41,001 nt of DNA from a virus (lineage: Duplodnaviria > Caudoviricetes): IMG/VR virus record IMGVR_UViG_3300012942_001467, positions 1 to 41,001 of that record, one strand, 5' to 3'. The notes beneath the pieces were generated by a model. It saw only the letters and a program-made list of their open reading frames with translations. It did no database searches and was not told the origin of the DNA. Below, one piece after another: positions 36,321-41,001 of the stretch. Each line of letters opens with the position of its first letter. Position 1 is the first letter of the stretch. A program made the translations under genes and the position numbers.

Positions 36321-36695
36321 CTACGTGGCGCGCGGTGGTTCGGGCTTGCCACGGTCGGCTGTGCGTGACTTGGTGTCGTTGCATTCCCAGCACGCGGCGC
36401 GATGGTTGTCGGGGTCGAACGCGAGGTCGGGTCGGCGTGCGGCCGGCGCGATCTTGTCGACGACGGTGGCGTATCCGGTGCAGATGCCGACGTATCTGAT
36501 CTGGCACTGGTAGCCGTCCCGCTGCAAGATGTCCGGTTTGACCTTCTCGCGCCAATGGGTGTCGCGAGTGATCCGGCTCGACGCGGTGCGTTCACCAGCC
36601 CACGCGACGGTGTGGTCGTGGCAGTACTTGCGATTGCGAATCAGCTTCGTGCACTGGCCATTGTCGCCTGGGCAGCGCCTTGGCGCGCGTGGCAC
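36321..36695 (-). CDS. HNH endonuclease (terminase-associated)
   Basis: RDGYQCQ..C...ATVVDKI.P..DPDN...CWECN; upstream of terS. Confidence 0.8.
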   Translation of the reverse strand: MPRAPRRCPGDNGQCTKLIRNRKYCHDHTVAWAGERTASSRITRDTHWREKVKPDILQRDGYQCQIRYVGICTGYATVVDKIAPAARRPDLAFDPDNHRAACWECNDTKSRTADRGKPEPPRAT

Positions 36696-37000
36696 TAGCG
36701 GGCGGCGGCCGCACGTTGGCGGCCGCGTTCTTCCAATGCTGTACGCACGAGTTGCACTGTGCGTACGACGACTTGCACGTTGCTGGCATAGTCTTCGGCG
36801 CTCAGCTGCCGGTAGCGCGTGGTGAGCGTGTTCATGGCGAGCATGGCGTCGTCGATGTCAGTGAACACGGTGGCCTTGGCTGCGTCGGGCACGACGGCTA
36901 GTGAGCCTTCTCCGTCGGTGATGACGTATCCGCCGTGGACGGTGTTGCCGTTGGGGTTCATGACGCGCACTGCGTATTCGTCGTACTCGTCGTCGGCCAT
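36695..37000 (-). CDS. Hypothetical protein
   Basis: Coupled to neighbouring ORFs. Confidence 0.65.
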   Translation of the reverse strand: MADDEYDEYAVRVMNPNGNTVHGGYVITDGEGSLAVVPDAAKATVFTDIDDAMLAMNTLTTRYRQLSAEDYASNVQVVVRTVQLVRTALEERGRQRAAAAR

Positions 37001-37122
37001 CAGTCTTCGATGTGGTGGCGGTGATGGCAGTGGCCGCAGTCGACAAGGTGCGCTGATAGCGCACCGACCATCACGGCGGCGACGTGAGTGATGACCAGCA
37101 CGAGAACAAGGTCGGCGGTCAT
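37000..37122 (-). CDS. Small membrane peptide with His-rich CxxC tail
   Basis: MTADLVLVLV...DCGHCHHRHH; coupled at both ends. Confidence 0.5.
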   Translation of the reverse strand: MTADLVLVLVITHVAAVMVGALSAHLVDCGHCHHRHHIED

Positions 37123-37412
37123 CGCCCCTTGTTCCGTTCGCGTGCGAGTGCGGCGATGTGCTTGGCGCGTGCGGCGGCTTGTTCGGCGCCTGGTGCGTGG
37201 CCGGGCCATGCGCCGGTTGCGGCGTGGTGCAGGTTGGCGCAGTGTCCTTTGACGACTTCGGGGTCGTGAATGTATTTGCCCAGTTCGGCCTCGCACCTTG
37301 CGAAGTCGCCGGGTACGCCCCAGTTGATTTTCGCGGCGCCGGCGCCGTGGGTCCAGTAGCGGTTCAGTTTGGCGATAGCTTCTTCGTTCTGCGGTGTCGG
37401 TGCGTGTGCCAC
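37119..37412 (-). CDS. Conserved actinophage protein (YWT.G.GAAKI.WG.PGDF.RC..CANLH..TG.WPG)
   Basis: Recognisable motif; GTG start with GGGAGG. Confidence 0.7.
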   Translation of the reverse strand: MAHAPTPQNEEAIAKLNRYWTHGAGAAKINWGVPGDFARCEAELGKYIHDPEVVKGHCANLHHAATGAWPGHAPGAEQAAARAKHIAALARERNKGR

Positions 37413-37768
37413 GGCAGAACCTCCCCGGTTGCGGGCAAACCGCTGTCCCGGTTTCGGGCACAGCGGTGGTTGCGGTTCAGTGTATCCATGAACACTTAGT
37501 TTGTCGCGTGGCGGCTGCTTGTGGGGTGTGGCGGCCGCGGCTTCTGTGGTGTGTCGTGGATGTGTAGACAAAGCCCGTCGTCGTGGTCCGAACACGCACT
37601 GGTGGGCTAGACCCATATTCTGCCTTGCCAAGGTCGACAGCGGCCTCAGCGTCCAACAAACGCCTCTAGCCCCGGTGCAAGCGGGGCATATCTGTATATA
37701 TGCCGGAAGGCGAGACCCGTGTCAAGGTCGTGTCTGTAGGCCCGGGACGGCGACGATACGCTGCGTTC

Positions 37769-38047
37769 ATGGGACGGGACGACGCGACGCCGGAAGTCCT
37801 GGCCGAGAACCTTGCGCGGGTCGCTGACGCTGCTGCTGAAGCGAGCGGCCTGCTCGACATGAATCTCACGCCGCATAACTTGGCGGACGAGCTGTTGAGC
37901 CGTCTACGAACCATTGGTGAAGCTGCGGATGAAGCGCGCCGAGTATTGGTGATATATGCACTGGATGCCGGCATGTCCGTACGCGATACTGCCCGCGCCG
38001 CTGGACTCGCGACCGCGACCGTGCAGCGATGGAAAGCTCAACGCTAG
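37769..38047 (+). CDS. HTH DNA-binding protein
   Basis: GMSVRDTARAAGLATATVQRW; TACGCT 6 nt before the ATG (leaderless?). Confidence 0.7.
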   Translation: MGRDDATPEVLAENLARVADAAAEASGLLDMNLTPHNLADELLSRLRTIGEAADEARRVLVIYALDAGMSVRDTARAAGLATATVQRWKAQR

Positions 38048-38472
38048 CGACCATCGCTTCCTCGGACTGCCGCCTCGATCCGGTCCGCGCCTGCCTGGGG
38101 ACTTTCGTGCTCCCATATTCGGATTACTTGCCAACCCGCATTCAATAGGGCTTCGGTTACACGCGCGTCTCGGGCGCGGTTCTGCTCGATCTTCGGCTCC
38201 CAGTAGTCGATATTCGTCTTGGACGCCCAGTAGTGCTCGGGACAACCATGCCAATAGCATCCGTCCACGAAAACAGCGACCTTCTGTCGGGTGAATACGA
38301 CATCGGCTGTATTCCGCCAACCAGCCAACGGTCGAAAGTTGACCCGGTATCGGAGGCCTCGGCGATGGAGCAGCCTGCGTATGGCCAACTCAGGACCGGT
38401 GTCCTTGCTGCGGTTGGCGACCATCGTCGCTCGCGCGGCTGCGCTCGATGCCCACGAAGCGTGCGACGCCAT
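38044..38472 (-). CDS. vsr: Very short patch repair endonuclease
   Basis: M..NRSKDT.PE, FVDGCYWHGC, KIEQNRARD, RIWEHE. Confidence 0.95.
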   Translation of the reverse strand: MASHASWASSAAARATMVANRSKDTGPELAIRRLLHRRGLRYRVNFRPLAGWRNTADVVFTRQKVAVFVDGCYWHGCPEHYWASKTNIDYWEPKIEQNRARDARVTEALLNAGWQVIRIWEHESPQAGADRIEAAVRGSDGR

Positions 38473-38538
38473 AGTGCATACGTTAGAGAGTGCGCGTTGC
38501 TGGACTGCCTCGAGCCGCCCAATCGCTAAGGTCGTGCC

Positions 38539-39468
38539 ATGGCGGCGACTATCTATGAGTGGTACGGCTATCGCGTTGCCGACATGTCGCCAGCCGCCGC
38601 GGAGTCCGCTGTCGCCAGGCGATGCCCGTTCCTAGCTGCGGACTGCGTAAAACCCACAGGAATCTGTTCCATCGAAACCGCGAGCGAACCGGTAATCATT
38701 TGTCCTAACCGACTCTATTTCGACGGTCACCGTGTGCTGGCGCGCATTGCATCAGACGCTTTTGATGATGTCCCTATCGATCGAGGTGCCGACGGCTGGC
38801 CGACACTCGTTCCGGGCGCTAGTGCACATGCGGTCGCTGTTCAAAAGGCGACTGCCCAGGTCGGGGTGTTAGGCGGAGGTTGGGGCGGTGAGGTGAGATT
38901 GCCGCCCGCGTATCCAGAAGGTCCGCGTTACTCCGTCGATTTTCTTCTCATTGTAGTTAACGAACTCGGTGAGTTGATTCGGTTTACGCCCGTCGAAGTC
39001 CAGTCCATGGACACGACCAACAGCAGGAGCCTGGCTACTAGCGCCGATCGACTAAGAGTCGATAGACAGGACAATCAGCCAACAAACGCGGGCCTTAACT
39101 GGGAGAACGTCAATAAGCGCATACTCGCGCAGTTGATAGTTAAGGGGCTGATGCTTCAGGCCGAAGAGTTATGCCGAAGCGGCATCTACCTCGTGACACC
39201 TGAATCTGTGTACAGGCGAATCATGATCAGGCTAGGCGGCGAACACCGATTCAGACGTATACCAAAGCAACCCGGAAGCATCACCTTCGTCCGCTATGTA
39301 TACGACACCACACGCGAGCTGATAGATGGCGAAGTGGCTCCCTTGAGACAGCTGGACACTGAGGTGATCTCTACAAGCGACCTATCGCTCGCCTTCATCA
39401 CACCCGAAAACCTGCCAGAGGCGGGGAGTTACGCCCAATCCATTCGTAATCGCTTGCGGATTAGGTGA
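38539..39468 (+). CDS. NotI-family type II restriction endonuclease
   Basis: Cys4 (CPF..C.K..CS..CP.R), VD..., VEVQ, LNWENVNKR..QL..KG. Confidence 0.8.
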   Translation: MAATIYEWYGYRVADMSPAAAESAVARRCPFLAADCVKPTGICSIETASEPVIICPNRLYFDGHRVLARIASDAFDDVPIDRGADGWPTLVPGASAHAVAVQKATAQVGVLGGGWGGEVRLPPAYPEGPRYSVDFLLIVVNELGELIRFTPVEVQSMDTTNSRSLATSADRLRVDRQDNQPTNAGLNWENVNKRILAQLIVKGLMLQAEELCRSGIYLVTPESVYRRIMIRLGGEHRFRRIPKQPGSITFVRYVYDTTRELIDGEVAPLRQLDTEVISTSDLSLAFITPENLPEAGSYAQSIRNRLRIR

Positions 39469-39471
39469 AGG

Positions 39472-40479
39472 CTAGGCCGACCTTCTTGAAAGATCTGACG
39501 CAGATCCGTTCAGTAAGCCAAGGACATGCTCTGCGACTGCTTCTGCAAGTAGGACCGGCACCGCATTACCTACCTGCCGACCCTGCGCCGTCTTACTGCC
39601 TTGGAGAATCCAGTCGTCTGGGAATGATTGGATTCGCGCTGCCTCTCGGACCGTGAGCTGTCGCGGAAGGGTTGGGTGAATCGGCGGGTGGAAGCCCGCG
39701 AGATGATCCCCCCGTGGTCCATACCCGCCTCCTGCCCGGATGGTGTGGGAAGGAGCGTCATAGTCCAGCCGCGCACGTCGATAGTTTGGGTCTACCTCGC
39801 CAGGGGCGAGTTTGGCCCATCGCTTCGCGACATGCGGTGCATGGTTGTTCGGAACGTGATTCAGTTCCGGCTTCACGGTCCCTTCGAGGTCCGCGATCGC
39901 ATCCCTTACGGTCGCATGCTCCTCGACGGTTGGCGCGGGAAGCGTTGGCTCCCCGTCTCTTAACCCAATGACGAACAAGCGTCGTCGCGTCTGCGGAACT
40001 CCGAAGTCTGCGGCGTTTAGTACCCCCATCGCGAAGTGGTAACCCTGAGACTCCAGCGCGTGCATGATGCCGCTCAGGTGGTCGCCGTTCCGGCGGTGTT
40101 TGAGTCCCGAGACATTCTCAATGACGATCGCGCGCGGTTGTACCGCCTCGACGATGCGGAAGTACTCTTTCCAAAGAAAGTTGCGGGGGTCGTCAGGGTT
40201 GCCCTTGCCGGCACTGCTGAACCCCTGGCACGGCGGCCCGCCAATGACAACGTCGACGTCGCCGACCTCATCAGGAAAGTAATCCCGGATGTCCTTCTCG
40301 AAAACCGGCCAATCTGGTCGGTTGTAGCGGAGTGTCTTGCAAGCTTCGGGGTCGTTGTCGACGCATGCAACAACGTCAACGTCGATGCCCTCCACGCCCT
40401 CGAAACCGAGGTCCAGTCCTCCAGCGCCGGTGAACAGGGACAAAATCCTCACTGGCGATTTTGCTGCCCGTCGTTTCAA
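39472..40479 (-). CDS. DNA (cytosine-5) methyltransferase
   Basis: FTGAGG, GGPPCQGFS, ENV, Q.R.R, R.LTVRE.ARIQ.FP, GNAV. Confidence 0.95.
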   Translation of the reverse strand: MKRRAAKSPVRILSLFTGAGGLDLGFEGVEGIDVDVVACVDNDPEACKTLRYNRPDWPVFEKDIRDYFPDEVGDVDVVIGGPPCQGFSSAGKGNPDDPRNFLWKEYFRIVEAVQPRAIVIENVSGLKHRRNGDHLSGIMHALESQGYHFAMGVLNAADFGVPQTRRRLFVIGLRDGEPTLPAPTVEEHATVRDAIADLEGTVKPELNHVPNNHAPHVAKRWAKLAPGEVDPNYRRARLDYDAPSHTIRAGGGYGPRGDHLAGFHPPIHPTLPRQLTVREAARIQSFPDDWILQGSKTAQGRQVGNAVPVLLAEAVAEHVLGLLNGSASDLSRRSA

Positions 40480-40785
40480 CGCGTCTCCTCCGCTAGGTCC
40501 GCTGACACGAATGGTGACACCTGAGCCCGGTCACCCTCCGTCGCCTCGAAGCCTAACGCTGAATTACATGGAAGTAAGTCACATCGAAGGCTGCGCTAGT
40601 CGCGTCTACTCCTAAACCTCGATTAGCCCTTCGGCTCACGGAACGGCACCGGGTTGGTGTAGCCATACTAGCACGTATTCGTGCTATGTTGAGCACAATG
40701 CGCCCGCGGGGAACCGGGTTCGTGCTAACGACGTCTAACTTCGCATGGACCACGACGAGCAAGAAGCAACGGCGTATCGTCTCGT

Positions 40786-40833
40786 TTGTGTATGACATTA
40801 CCGCTTGCTTTGCTCGGTTGTGTATGACACAAT
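40786..40833 (+). promoter_or_regulatory. SigA-like promoter with palindromic operator
   Basis: TTGCTT-17 bp-CACAAT-6 nt-ATG; TTGTGT-ATG-ACACAA overlaps the -10; a second TTGTGTATGACA at 40786. Confidence 0.6.
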
Positions 40834-40839
40834 CGAGTT

Positions 40840-41001
40840 ATGCGATTCCGGTTCGCCCGCGCCAGCCGCCGCCACAAGATCGGCCGCGCGCACGCCAAAG
40901 CCGCCATGCGGAACGCGATCTGGGTCGAGACCCGCGAACAGTCCTGGGGTGACATGGGCATCTTCGTCGGAACCGATGACCGCGGCGTCGAGCTGTGGTA
41001 G
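40840..41001 (+). CDS. Putative RelE/BrnT-like TA toxin, apparently truncated (53 aa; not in the ORF track)
   Basis: MRFRFARASRRHKIGRAHAKAAM...FVGTDDRGVELW*. Confidence 0.5.
   Translation: MRFRFARASRRHKIGRAHAKAAMRNAIWVETREQSWGDMGIFVGTDDRGVELW

Noticed and set aside
33687-36368. 893-aa plus-strand ORF (also 28462..30285, 18926..20329, 7498..8670)
   Set aside because: These are antisense shadows of well-supported minus-strand genes in high-GC DNA.
1-41001. CRISPR array, IS element or rRNA
   Set aside because: I saw no regularly spaced repeats, transposase motifs or rRNA-like sequence.

Overview
The window is the integration, lysis, tail, head and packaging part of a temperate, high-GC siphovirus, most likely a Mycobacterium (pro)phage (inferred from lysin B and a mycobacterial-type tmRNA att core). 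Almost all morphogenesis genes are on the minus strand. From left to right: a tyrosine integrase split by a 1-bp frameshift; a tmRNA-3'-end att core with phage-like DNA on both sides; a 4-gene plus-strand operon of small membrane and secreted Cys-rich proteins; a candidate structured small RNA; an expanded lysis cassette (several membrane proteins, LysB, LysA with a histone/HBHA-like PAKK tail, and an S53 kumamolisin-type protease lacking a pro-domain and coupled to lysA); minor tail genes (including a DD-peptidase/beta-lactamase-fold protein and an FN3 domain split across two genes); tape measure, chaperones, major tail, neck, capsid, scaffold, portal, terminases and HNH; then an apparently lower-GC defence-like block (HTH, Vsr, NotI-family endonuclease, C5 DNA methyltransferase, TA-like toxin ORF). 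All calls come from motif recognition and synteny by eye; no searches were run. Several 1-bp frameshifts fall in short homopolymers and may be sequencing errors.
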